Below, piece after piece: positions 21,062-30,537 of a stretch of 64,000 nucleotides of DNA (the first letter of the stretch is position 1; every line of letters begins with the position of its first letter). Made by a program: the position numbers and the translations under genes. Source of the DNA: an uncultured candidate division Zixibacteria bacterium (lineage in GTDB: Bacteria; Zixibacteria; MSB-5A5; GN15; FEB-12); the NCBI GenBank assembly GCA_963664195.1, contig OY760907.1:3264001-3328000 (forward strand), in the 5' to 3' direction. The notes under the pieces are model-generated. The model did no database searches. It worked only from the letters and a program-made list of their open reading frames with translations, and had not been told where the DNA came from.

Positions 21062-21150
21062 GGCAGATCAGCCCCGCAAGTGGCGGCCTCGAAACCGCCA
21101 ATGTCCTCGCAGGTCTGAAGACCGCCACTGGCGGCGTTGACCTTCGCTAC
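21058..21150. repeat. Inverted doublet of GTAG-hairpin (REP-like family A, long form); REPIN-like
   Basis: + copy GTAG-GGCAGATC-AGC-CCCGC-AA-GTGGC-GGCCTCGA-AACCGCC (degenerate, from 21058); - copy GTAG-CGAAGGTC-AAC-GCCGC-CA-GTGGC-GGTCTTCA-GACCTGCG (21150-21108); homologous to copies at 47929, 47970, 49183, 49221 and 51099. Confidence 0.72.
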
Positions 21151-21253
21151 GAAGACAAGTCCAGCCGGGGCGGCCTAGCCGCTCCAATCCTCCATTAATT
21201 CGAATGAATCACCGGTCTTGTTATCCAGGCTGTTTTGTGCTTTATTCTCTCCT

Positions 21254-21871
21254 ATGATAATCGGGTTGACCGGACAAATAGGCGCAGGGAAGAGCGTGGC
21301 GGCTCAAATGCTCGCCGAGTTTGGGGCGCATGTGGTCGATGCGGACCTGATTGGCAAACGGGTCGTTGATCAATCCCCGGCGCTGCGCAAGCGGCTGGCG
21401 AAGGCTTTTGGCGCGGACATTCTGAAGCCGGACGGGACGCTTAATCGCAAGAAGCTGGCAGCGCGTGCATTCGTGGATGAACAGACCAAGCGCACGCTCA
21501 ACGACCTGGTTCATCCGCATTTGCTCAAGGAGCTTCGCGGGCAAGTCAAGCAGGCAACTAAGACGTACGCTGTCGTCGTAATCGATGCGGCCCTGCTGCT
21601 GTACTGGGGACTTGAGAAAGAGGTCGACTCGGTGCTGGTGATACACACCTCGCGAGAACGCCGCTACGCTCGTATGGCCGAACGAGGAATCTCCAGAACT
21701 GACGCTGCCGCACGAGAGAAAGCGCAATTGCCATTCGCGGAATTCCGCTCCAAGGCCGATTTCCTGCTGCTGAATAATCAAAACATAGAGAGACTTCTGA
21801 CCAAACTGGCGAGAGTCTGGAGACGCCTGACGGGTGAACCGGCTCCTCAATCACAGGTGAGTGCTACGTGA
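21254..21871 (+). CDS. coaE: Dephospho-CoA kinase
   Basis: MIIGLTGQIGAGKS, VDAD, LNRKKLA, LVHP, DAALL. Confidence 0.95.
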   Translation: MIIGLTGQIGAGKSVAAQMLAEFGAHVVDADLIGKRVVDQSPALRKRLAKAFGADILKPDGTLNRKKLAARAFVDEQTKRTLNDLVHPHLLKELRGQVKQATKTYAVVVIDAALLLYWGLEKEVDSVLVIHTSRERRYARMAERGISRTDAAAREKAQLPFAEFRSKADFLLLNNQNIERLLTKLARVWRRLTGEPAPQSQVSAT

Positions 21872-23856
21872 CAATGAAAGATTACTCCATAGACGAACTG
21901 ATCGAACGCGCCGCTTACATGCGCGGTCTCAACGAAATCGCCCTCTGTTCGGCCGGCTCCGGCCATTCCGGCGGGACGCTGGGAGTAATGGATATCGCGG
22001 CGGCGCTGTACCTCAAAATCGCTCGCCATAACCCGAACGACCCTTTGTGGGCAGAACGGGACCGCATCATCTGGTCTGCCGGACACAAGGCACCCGCGCT
22101 ATACACCTCATTGGCCGTCTCAGGCTATTTCCCGGAACGTGAGTTAATGAAACTCCGCATGCTCGGGTCACCGTTCCAGGGCCATCCGCACTGGAGGGAC
22201 TTGCCGGGCGTGGAGTTTTCCACCGGATCGCTCGGGCAAGGGTTGTCCCTGGGGGTTGGCGTGGCATTGGCGGCGAGGTTGAATCAAGAGAATCATCGGG
22301 TGTTCGTTATCTGTTCCGACGGTGAACAGCAGGAAGGATCTATCTGGGAGTCGGTGATGTCCGCCGCACATTATCACCTGGACAATCTCGTTGTCATCAT
22401 AGACAAGAATCGGCTGCAAATCGACGGCGCCTGCGACGATGTAATGCGAATAGACTCACTGGTCGAGAAGTACCGCTCGTTCAACTGGGAAGTGGTTGAA
22501 GTCGACGGCCACGACATGCAAGACGTCGTCACAAAACTGGACGACGCACGGAACCACAATAACTCCGGCCAGCCGGTCGCACTGATCTGCCATACCAACA
22601 AAGGCCGGGGCGTGTCGTTCATGGAAAACGCGCTCGGATGGCACGGCAAGGCGCCGAACAGGGAGGAACTCGACAGAGCCCTGATTGAACTCGGCGTAGC
22701 CGACAAGTTTGATGTCGACGCTCTCCTGGCGTACGGAAAACAATACGAGGACAAAGTCGAACGTGAGATCACGGGGGAGATGCCGCAGTTTTCGAAGGAC
22801 TACTGGTGGAATGAATCCCCGAACATGCAGGTCGTCATGCAACCAACCCGTAAGGGGTTCGGCGCGGCACTGTACAAGCACGGCGACGACGAACGGATTG
22901 TCTGCATCGGGGCCGATATCTCCGATTCAATCTGCATCTCCGATTTTCACAGGGACCATCCGGAGCGCGCCCGACGTTTCATCTCGGTCGGAATCGCGGA
23001 GCAGAATGCAACCACGGTCGCGGCCGGTCTCGCCAAAGAAGGAAAAATCCCGGTGTTCGGCACCTATGGCGTTTTCTCCTCGGCGCGCAACCTCGATCAA
23101 CTTCGCGTCTCCGTATGCTACAGCAACTTGAACGTGCTGACAGTTGGTGCTCACGGGGGTATATCGGTCGGACCGGACGGAGCCACCCATCAAGAACTGG
23201 AATCAATGTTCCAGATAACGGGCCTTCCGAATATGAATATGGGGGTGCCGTGCGATGTCATTGAGACTGAGAAGATGACGCGTGCGATGCTGTTTGATAT
23301 TGTCGGTCCGAAGTATCTCCGGTTCGCTCGTGAGGCAACACCGATCATCACGAGAGAGGATTCGCCGTTCGAATTCGGCAAAGCGAATGTCTTTAGATTC
23401 CGCAGCGTGGCACAGCAACTGGTTGATGCCTTTGACGTAGCCCTCGCATCTGAATACCGGTCCGAAAACGAGGCACTGACAATCATATCGTGTGGGCCGG
23501 AGACCGCCGAGGCGATCAGAGCCGCTTATCTACTCAAATGCGAACATGACATCGAGACCCGTGTGCTGCACCTTCACACGGTCAAGCCGCTCGACCGCGA
23601 TGCGATAATTCGCGCCGCCGGCGAAACCGGTGCAATCATTACTGCCGAGGAACACCAGGTCGGAGGATTGGGCAATCGCATCGCGGCCGTATTGGCAGCA
23701 GACTCTTCTCTGGACATGAGAGGCCTCAAGCCGTTTGCGATGATCGGAGTGCAGGACAGGTTCGGGGAGTCGGGGAAGCCGTGGCAGTTGATTAAGAAGT
23801 TCGGGCTGGCGGCGGAGCATATCGCTCAGAAAGCGATCACGATTCTCTCGCTATAG
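21868..23856 (+). CDS. tkt: Transketolase (N- and C-terminal split-type halves fused)
   Basis: SGHSGG, GHKAP, GSLGQG, SDGEQQEG (TPP motif), GIAEQN, GPDGATHQ, TVKPLD. Confidence 0.9.
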   Translation: MTMKDYSIDELIERAAYMRGLNEIALCSAGSGHSGGTLGVMDIAAALYLKIARHNPNDPLWAERDRIIWSAGHKAPALYTSLAVSGYFPERELMKLRMLGSPFQGHPHWRDLPGVEFSTGSLGQGLSLGVGVALAARLNQENHRVFVICSDGEQQEGSIWESVMSAAHYHLDNLVVIIDKNRLQIDGACDDVMRIDSLVEKYRSFNWEVVEVDGHDMQDVVTKLDDARNHNNSGQPVALICHTNKGRGVSFMENALGWHGKAPNREELDRALIELGVADKFDVDALLAYGKQYEDKVEREITGEMPQFSKDYWWNESPNMQVVMQPTRKGFGAALYKHGDDERIVCIGADISDSICISDFHRDHPERARRFISVGIAEQNATTVAAGLAKEGKIPVFGTYGVFSSARNLDQLRVSVCYSNLNVLTVGAHGGISVGPDGATHQELESMFQITGLPNMNMGVPCDVIETEKMTRAMLFDIVGPKYLRFAREATPIITREDSPFEFGKANVFRFRSVAQQLVDAFDVALASEYRSENEALTIISCGPETAEAIRAAYLLKCEHDIETRVLHLHTVKPLDRDAIIRAAGETGAIITAEEHQVGGLGNRIAAVLAADSSLDMRGLKPFAMIGVQDRFGESGKPWQLIKKFGLAAEHIAQKAITILSL

Positions 23857-23883
23857 AGTTGTCTTTCATGGCGTGCAGTAGAC

Positions 23884-23913
23884 AAACCGGGTGGTTTCGC
23901 CCGGTTTTTTGTT
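23884..23913 (+). terminator. Rho-independent terminator after tkt
   Basis: AAACCGGGTG/CGCCCGGTTT stem plus T-run. Confidence 0.7.
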
Positions 23914-23946
23914 GCTCAATTTCGCGCGAACAGGCAATCTTGAACT

Positions 23947-24747
23947 ATGAGATACGCGTATGTCGTCTCGAACCTGATTGATCTGTGGGCAGAACCCCGG
24001 TTCAACAGCGAACGAATCAGCCAACTGTTCTTCGGCGAACCGCTTGTGGTAACGTCGACCCGCATGGGATTCTGTCGTGTCCGACAAACGGATGGCTACA
24101 CGGGATGGGCAGATTCCCGCCAGCTAGCTGCGTTTGCTTCAACAAAAGAGTATCGGAAGTACGCTGAGGGCACCAACGCGGCTGTCGCGCACGGCCCTGC
24201 AAAAGTGTATGATAGAGGAGGACGCAATTCGGTCGAACCGTTTTTCCTTTACTACGGCACTCCACTGCACGTCGGGAACACGCCCGGAACTCTGGCGACC
24301 GTGAGCCTATCGGATAGCCAAAAAGTGTTCGTTAAATCACAACGAGTCAGGCGTTTGGCGGGTAATACTTGTAGAAGCATTGTAGGCGCTGATCTGGTCC
24401 GCGAGGCACAGAAGTTCCTCGGCGTTCCGTATCTCTGGGGCGGCATCTCGCCGGCAGGATTCGACTGCTCCGGGTTGGTGCGCACTGTCTGCGGCAGTTT
24501 CGGACTAAAACTGCCTCGCGACACGAAAGATCAGATTAGGTGTGGCATTGAAATTGGCCGCGACGAGGCAAAACCAGGAGACCTGTTGTTCTTCAAGCGT
24601 CATGTCGGACTGTCGATGGGCGGATCGAGGATCATCCATTCCTCCGTAGGAGGGGGAGGCGTGAGGATTAACTCACTGCACGTTGGTGACGATGACTATC
24701 GTAAGGACCTCGACGACAGCTTTGTAACCGCCAGGAGGATATTGTGA
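23947..24747 (+). CDS. SH3 + NlpC/P60 peptidase (YkfC-like gamma-D-glutamyl endopeptidase)
   Basis: SQLFFGE and DGYTGW SH3-like part; PYLWGG, FDCSG, LPRD, RHVG, IIHSS catalytic motifs; no signal peptide. Confidence 0.88.
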   Translation: MRYAYVVSNLIDLWAEPRFNSERISQLFFGEPLVVTSTRMGFCRVRQTDGYTGWADSRQLAAFASTKEYRKYAEGTNAAVAHGPAKVYDRGGRNSVEPFFLYYGTPLHVGNTPGTLATVSLSDSQKVFVKSQRVRRLAGNTCRSIVGADLVREAQKFLGVPYLWGGISPAGFDCSGLVRTVCGSFGLKLPRDTKDQIRCGIEIGRDEAKPGDLLFFKRHVGLSMGGSRIIHSSVGGGGVRINSLHVGDDDYRKDLDDSFVTARRIL

Positions 24748-25775
24748 TAGAAGTTGAAACCGTGAGATTGGCTCTTCCGCTCAAGACGAAGTTCTCGGTG
24801 GCCAGAGGAGAGGCTGACACCAAAATCAACGTGATCGCTATCCTGAACAATAGATATAGCGGCGAGGCGGCAGCCTCCGTCCAGTACGGCCCTACTATTG
24901 AAGAGATAGAGAAGGACCTTCGCAGGGGCATCGGGCATTTGAAGCGCCGGAAGAAGCTTGATCTCGAAACCCTGCAGGCGATTTCAAAATACAAGATTCA
25001 TCCGATTGCCCGTTCAGCTCTGACCGGCATGGTGCTGAACTACATTTCCGGCGAGACCCATCGGTATCCGTGGGAGATTCTTTCTCTTGGCGCACCAGTG
25101 GGCATTCGCAATTCGAATACTATCAGCATAGATGAGCCGACTGCGGTGATTGACGCGATCAATGCCAGCACCTGTTCGGTAGTGAAAGTCAAGATGGGCT
25201 CGGACTATGACCGGGACCTGATCGTACGTCTGAAAGAGATCGAGGACAAGGAAATCCGCATCGATGCCAACGGCGGCTGGGAGCCTGAGAAGGCCGAAGA
25301 GATGATTTATTACCTCAACAAGCAGGGTATCACCGTTATCGAACAGCCGACCGACATCGAACACGTATCCGATTGGCCGCATCTCAAGCCGAAGGATTCC
25401 GAAGTCGAATTGATCCTTGACGAAGGGCTGGAGACGCCCTCGGACTATGACAGGTACGCGGCACATATCGACGGTGTCAATATCAAGATGGAAAAGAGCG
25501 GTGGGATTATCGATGCCAGTCGGATTGCCAGCATTGCTCGACAGGACGGCAAGAAGGTCATGCTTGGGTGTATGGTGGAATCCTCGGTCGGTATAGCGCA
25601 GTCAGTGTATATGTCGTCGCTGGCTGACTATCATGATCTGGATGCTCCCCAATTGCTCGAGAACGATATTGCCAACGGGATTGTTTACGAGAAGGATACG
25701 ATCGTTGTCGACCGTGAGATTATCGGCGGTCCGTCACTGAAAAGGGAACTCGTTGAAAAGTACATTCGGGACTAG
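24744..25775 (+). CDS. Dipeptide (L-Ala-D/L-Glu) epimerase, enolase superfamily
   Basis: KVK, DANGGW, IEQP, LDE, NIKMEKSGG, GCMVES, DLD; coupled to the NlpC/P60 gene. Confidence 0.88.
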   Translation: MIEVETVRLALPLKTKFSVARGEADTKINVIAILNNRYSGEAAASVQYGPTIEEIEKDLRRGIGHLKRRKKLDLETLQAISKYKIHPIARSALTGMVLNYISGETHRYPWEILSLGAPVGIRNSNTISIDEPTAVIDAINASTCSVVKVKMGSDYDRDLIVRLKEIEDKEIRIDANGGWEPEKAEEMIYYLNKQGITVIEQPTDIEHVSDWPHLKPKDSEVELILDEGLETPSDYDRYAAHIDGVNIKMEKSGGIIDASRIASIARQDGKKVMLGCMVESSVGIAQSVYMSSLADYHDLDAPQLLENDIANGIVYEKDTIVVDREIIGGPSLKRELVEKYIRD

Positions 25776-25776
25776 C

Positions 25777-27675
25777 ATGCGAGTCCTCGCTCTCACCCTC
25801 CTGCTCCTGCTGCCGACCGGTCTCTATGCCCGGGGGACAGCGCCCTCAATTCACGTGGTGTATCCGAAACCGGACCAGACCGTTCATGCAGTGGATTCAA
25901 CCTTCATATTCGGTCATGTGACAAATGCCCCGGACAATGATAACTGGTTTCTGGAGATCAACGGTGCACAGGTTAACGTGCACTCAGACGGCGGTTTCCT
26001 TGCGTTTCTTCCGGTAGCGGCCGGCGCATTCTCTTTTGATCTAGCGCTCAAGTCGACGCGGGCAGACAATCTCACGCTGGCTGAAACAAGCGTGCCGGTC
26101 AACATTCCGGTGCCGGTGCACACGCTGTCGATGGACAGTCTGGCGATTGTCAGGGATCACAACCCACCACTGGGCGATCTTGTACTTGCCACGGGCGATG
26201 AACTCAGGGTGAGTTTCTGGGGTACACCAAACTGTCGGGCGTGGTTCTCGATTCAGGGCGTGATTGATTCCGTGCCGATGGCCGAGACTCCGCCGGAGCA
26301 GCAGCCATACTGGGGAGAAGCGGTATTCGGTGTGGGGGCCGTTCCCGACACTATGCTGGTGGGAGGCATCTACACCGGGTTTTACGAAGTACCTGAGTCG
26401 GTGTCGGTTGCCGACACAAATATCGTCTACCATCTGGCGCCCCCCTCGCGCGAACAACTGGCCGAGTTCATACTCTCCCACCCGCATCGGTTGAGCGTAC
26501 GAACGCTGATTGAGTACCTGGAAGGGGTTGAGATCAATACCATAAGTGGCTATACGGTAAGTCTGAATCCGCCCGACTATCCGTTTACGGTTGAGTTCTC
26601 AGACTCGGTGCAGATCCTTCGCCATGGCCCCAGAAAAGGCTACTTTTCCATATTCCAGACAGAGGGCATACGCGCGCTCGTAGTGGGGCGCGAGGGGGAT
26701 TGGTACCGAATGAGACTCTCACACTCGCAGTACGCATGGGCGGACTCGGTATCTGTCATGAAGCTCGCAACGGGCATGGTCCCGCCACACTCGTTCATTC
26801 GCTCGATCCGCACAAGCGGTGACGAAATGCAATTGAGGGTTGAATTCCCACTCAAGGGAAGACACCCGTTCCGGATTTACGAGGATGACCCGCGCACAAT
26901 CCGTATTCAGCTCTTTGGTGTGACGACTGACACTGACTGGATTCGCTACGATGCCGACGATCCGCTGGTGGAAATGGCAACCTGGTCGCAGCCCGAAGAC
27001 GGCATGTACGAGTTCCGTCTGAATCTGACTCAGGACATTTGGGGATATGACAGCTTCTACGAAGGCAACACGTTTGTATTCCAACTGAACAAGGCACCGG
27101 AAAGAGTTGGCAGCCTGTGGGGCAAGACGATAGTAGTTGATCCCGGGCATTCGCCTGATCCCGGCGCGATCGGCCCGACCGGATATACCGAGGCCGAAGC
27201 GAATCTGGGCATATCGCTGAAACTGGAGCAGGAGCTAAAGAAAAAAGGCGCCCGCGTTATTATGACCCGCCGAGACAGCAGTCCGCTGTCGCTGTATGAT
27301 CGTCCGATTATTGCCAACGAGGTAGAGGCCGACCTTTTTGTGTCGGTGCACAACAATGCGTTGCCGGACGGTGTGGACCCTTATGAAAACTACGGCACGT
27401 CCGCGTATTACTACCATCCGCACTCGGCAGGTCTGGCACGGTCTATTCTGGAGCAAATCGTGCGGCACACGGGCCAACCGAATCATGGATTCTACCACGG
27501 GAACCTTGCAGTCCAGCGCCCTACCCAGTATCCGGCGGTGCTTGTGGAGTGTGCGTTCCAGATTATCCCGGAGTGGGAGGCGAGACTAAAGACAGACAAC
27601 TTTCGTCGCAAGATCGCACGCGCGATCACACAGGGGATAGAAAACTTTTTGGAGAGCTACGATGACCGAAACTGA
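25777..27675 (+). CDS. N-acetylmuramoyl-L-alanine amidase (Amidase_3) with long N-terminal region
   Basis: Signal peptide; DPGH, EAEANL, SVHNNA, AVLVEC zinc/catalytic motifs. Confidence 0.9.
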   Translation: MRVLALTLLLLLPTGLYARGTAPSIHVVYPKPDQTVHAVDSTFIFGHVTNAPDNDNWFLEINGAQVNVHSDGGFLAFLPVAAGAFSFDLALKSTRADNLTLAETSVPVNIPVPVHTLSMDSLAIVRDHNPPLGDLVLATGDELRVSFWGTPNCRAWFSIQGVIDSVPMAETPPEQQPYWGEAVFGVGAVPDTMLVGGIYTGFYEVPESVSVADTNIVYHLAPPSREQLAEFILSHPHRLSVRTLIEYLEGVEINTISGYTVSLNPPDYPFTVEFSDSVQILRHGPRKGYFSIFQTEGIRALVVGREGDWYRMRLSHSQYAWADSVSVMKLATGMVPPHSFIRSIRTSGDEMQLRVEFPLKGRHPFRIYEDDPRTIRIQLFGVTTDTDWIRYDADDPLVEMATWSQPEDGMYEFRLNLTQDIWGYDSFYEGNTFVFQLNKAPERVGSLWGKTIVVDPGHSPDPGAIGPTGYTEAEANLGISLKLEQELKKKGARVIMTRRDSSPLSLYDRPIIANEVEADLFVSVHNNALPDGVDPYENYGTSAYYYHPHSAGLARSILEQIVRHTGQPNHGFYHGNLAVQRPTQYPAVLVECAFQIIPEWEARLKTDNFRRKIARAITQGIENFLESYDDRN

Positions 27676-27922
27676 TGTCACCAAACCGGGAAAAAAGAAA
27701 AACGCGGAGCCGTACTGGCTGATCTACATTTCGGCGATCCTTTCGGGCCTGCTGCTTATCGGCTATGCGCTTGATATAGGGGCGCTTCAAAAAATAAGCG
27801 CGAGACTGGGGATCGGACTGCTATTCGGAGCGTTTGCGTTGATCGTCGGGAGAAGCCGGGTGGCGGGGTACATAGCGGCGGGACTTGTCGGATTTGTGGT
27901 GATACTGACGTTCTTCCTGTAA
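27662..27922 (+). CDS. Small membrane protein (3 TM)
   Basis: 86 aa hydrophobic, GGAG upstream, overlaps the amidase stop. Confidence 0.65.
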   Translation: MTETDVTKPGKKKNAEPYWLIYISAILSGLLLIGYALDIGALQKISARLGIGLLFGAFALIVGRSRVAGYIAAGLVGFVVILTFFL

Positions 27923-28050
27923 TGTTGTCGACACAACTGTCCTAGTTCCCTGGCATTATACACCACTTCTTGCGTTGGGATCTGAACATGCGAGCTGACA
28001 CGTCGGCTGAACTCATGTCTCAATGTTGACTCCATATTGCAACAAAATCG

Positions 28051-28079
28051 TTGACAGCAGATACCACTATGTTTATCTT
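28051..28079 (+). promoter_or_regulatory. Sigma-70-type promoter
   Basis: TTGACA-17 bp-TATCTT, 55 bp before ATG 28134. Confidence 0.55.
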
Positions 28080-28133
28080 GTGAGCAAATGAGCCCTATCA
28101 CATAAACCTATCTGAAGCCCCGGGGAGTGTGTC

Positions 28134-29534
28134 ATGAAACAGGTTCTTCTCGTTTGCGTTCTCGCTCTCTTGTTCTCCGCCAGTGTTTCCGCTCAACCGA
28201 TTGTTGTCCTTGATACGCTGGAAGGCGGGCTGTGCGGCAATCCTGCCCCTGGGAGTTACTCCACACAAGTCATATCAATCGCCAACCCGGACACGACACT
28301 GTACAAACTGTCGCTGTGTTTCCGCGTGCACATTGAAGGAGGAAACGGAGATGTTCTCTATCCTGAGATAGAGTTTTACAACGGCTTCCTCGAGCACTTC
28401 ACGCACTCGGATATTGGGACCATGCAGATGATCAATACGAGTTTCGAGCAAGACGGTCGTGACCTACTCGTCAGCATCAATCCAATCAGCGCACCGGAGA
28501 ACTGGTATTTTGGGGACTGGGGTCTTCCGGTGTCAAACGATACTATTCCGTATATTGGAATCAGATGCGACCCTTCCCCCATGGGCCACGATTATGACCT
28601 GTGTGTGTCGGCGGCAGTATCGGACAGCGTTCCACAGTGGTACAGCTACCCCGGAGTAGAGACCCCGCAGTTTGGGGGAGAGAAGTGCTATTGGATCGAC
28701 GGACCGTTCCCGAACTGCACTCAAGAGTTCGTTAGTTGCCCGGGGACTCTGACCGCGACCGGCTGCGCACCGGTGACCTTCCAGTTCGAGGTGGGAGATT
28801 GGAAATGCAAGTCCTGGCCGGGGCAGTGGCATTATGAAATGGTTTCCGGACCTGGGGAAATCGACTGGAGTACGGGTGTGTACACGTTCGCACCTGACGC
28901 TGCCGACGCCGGTCAGAGTTTCTCCGTTGAGGTCAGACCTACGGAAGACTATTGCGGTGATAGCACAGGTTTCTTCTGGGGAATCCCGTGCGCTTTCACG
29001 GTTGTGGTCCCCTCCGACTACTCCGGCGCGAGCGACGATGCCCCGAGTTTTCCCACTCAGAACCAGTACTTCGTGGCTACTACCGGTGACACGCTAGCAG
29101 TCGATCTGATTGTTGAGGATGCTGGTCCCTGCAACGATCATCACTTCGACTGGTACTCGTTCGAGCAGGACGGTACGCCGAACAACGCCTGGATAGATGA
29201 ATCAACCGGCACGTTTTACTATCTCGGTGCGGTGGCAGACACAGGCGAATACTGGATATACGAGACAGTGGAGGAACGGGGACGGGGAGACACCGCCCTT
29301 TTCATAATCCAGCACTACGACAGCTACATCTGCGGTGATTGCGATCACGACGGCGTAGTCTCGATGGGGGACCTGACGAAGATAATTGACGCGTTGTTCA
29401 TCAGTCTGATTCCGCCGGCTCCGCCAGAATCGGGCAACGTCGACTGCGAGCCCGGTCTGACAATGGGGGATTTGACGAAAATGATCGACCATCTCTTCAT
29501 CAGTCTTGGACCCTTGTGCGACGGATGTGAATAG
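28134..29534 (+). CDS. Cys-rich secreted protein with Ig/cadherin-like repeats and C-terminal dockerin-like domain
   Basis: Signal peptide; IDWSTG.Y / IDESTG.FY repeats; C-terminal duplicated GDCDHDGVVSMGDLTKIIDALF / GNVDCEPGLTMGDLTKMIDHLF. Confidence 0.8.
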   Translation: MKQVLLVCVLALLFSASVSAQPIVVLDTLEGGLCGNPAPGSYSTQVISIANPDTTLYKLSLCFRVHIEGGNGDVLYPEIEFYNGFLEHFTHSDIGTMQMINTSFEQDGRDLLVSINPISAPENWYFGDWGLPVSNDTIPYIGIRCDPSPMGHDYDLCVSAAVSDSVPQWYSYPGVETPQFGGEKCYWIDGPFPNCTQEFVSCPGTLTATGCAPVTFQFEVGDWKCKSWPGQWHYEMVSGPGEIDWSTGVYTFAPDAADAGQSFSVEVRPTEDYCGDSTGFFWGIPCAFTVVVPSDYSGASDDAPSFPTQNQYFVATTGDTLAVDLIVEDAGPCNDHHFDWYSFEQDGTPNNAWIDESTGTFYYLGAVADTGEYWIYETVEERGRGDTALFIIQHYDSYICGDCDHDGVVSMGDLTKIIDALFISLIPPAPPESGNVDCEPGLTMGDLTKMIDHLFISLGPLCDGCE

Positions 29535-29565
29535 CGACTGACAATCCCGATAACCGACAAACGCA

Positions 29566-29600
29566 AGAAAGGCCGGTGACTCACAGTCATCGGCCTTTCT
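29566..29600. terminator. Bidirectional terminator between convergent genes
   Basis: AGAAAGGCCGGTGACT / AGTCATCGGCCTTTCT 16-bp stem with one G-U pair. Confidence 0.75.
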
Positions 29601-29622
29601 CTCGCAAATTAATTAGCGCGAG

Positions 29623-30237
29623 CTATTTCTTGAATCGACGAACGACTCCCAGACCGGCCAGACCAAGTCCGAAAAGACTCAGAGTCAGCGGTTCCGGAGT
29701 GGGACGAGCATCGGTCGACGTATTCATGGCAAGGGTTGAACCGTCAATACGGAGATCATCCCAGCACCAATCCTCGTCTACGTTGATCGTCACACCAAGA
29801 GCACCATCAGCCCATACGGACTGATCTACATAGCCCGGACCCAGGTCGATAATCGTCCCGTCGTTGGAATGCTGCCAACTCCAAGTGGACCATGACCAGG
29901 AAACGTTATCCTGAGCGAGGGTACGCGTGGTGAAACCTTCGATTTCGACCGAATTCCCGTCAGTGTCGACATACATTGCGTCAATACGAAGTTGAGCACT
30001 GGTGACAACATCCGGGGGAACGGAGAACGGGTGGGTATGAGTCCACGACACGGAACCGTCGCCGAAGAAATCAGTACCTGCCCATTGTCCACCAAAATCG
30101 TAGGTCTGCACGTAATCCCAGCCAGGATTAGAATAATCGGTAGTGATACCGGTCGGTGTGATCGGCAGTGCGAATGCAGCACCCGCCAGAGCCAATACAC
30201 AAAGACACATCATGCCGATTTTCGCCAGCTTGAACAT
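29623..30237 (-). CDS. PEP-CTERM sorting domain protein
   Basis: Signal peptide; C-terminus PTPEPLTLSLFGLGLAGLGVVRRFKK (PEP motif, TM helix, basic tail); GGGAGG RBS. Confidence 0.92.
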   Translation of the reverse strand: MFKLAKIGMMCLCVLALAGAAFALPITPTGITTDYSNPGWDYVQTYDFGGQWAGTDFFGDGSVSWTHTHPFSVPPDVVTSAQLRIDAMYVDTDGNSVEIEGFTTRTLAQDNVSWSWSTWSWQHSNDGTIIDLGPGYVDQSVWADGALGVTINVDEDWCWDDLRIDGSTLAMNTSTDARPTPEPLTLSLFGLGLAGLGVVRRFKK

Positions 30238-30302
30238 GTAGTTGCCTCCCCTTCAATAAGGGTTGGTTAGGGTTATTAGTGCGAACTAGACACTTACATA
30301 GC

Positions 30303-30318
30303 AGCAAAGTCCGTGCCA
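30303..30318 (-). promoter_or_regulatory. Sigma-54 (-24/-12) promoter of the PEP-CTERM gene
   Basis: Minus strand reads TGGCAC-GGACT-TTGCT, a perfect match to TGGCAC-N5-TTGCW, 65 bp upstream of the ATG. Confidence 0.85.
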
Positions 30319-30537
30319 CACCGCATCGTGTTGCACTGCAACGGCTTTCCGTTTCGATGGCGAACACCAATACCGAAAATGGTCAATTGTCGAACATTTT
30401 TGTGCAGTCAATTGCGGTCCCCAAAAGAGGTAATAGGTCTATCACACGACATTGCAGGTCATCGCGTTATGCTCGTGTGTGGGTTGCAAAGGGGGGCAAG
30501 GTGCGGATGACAAAACGTGTCACACGGCAGAAGAGAA

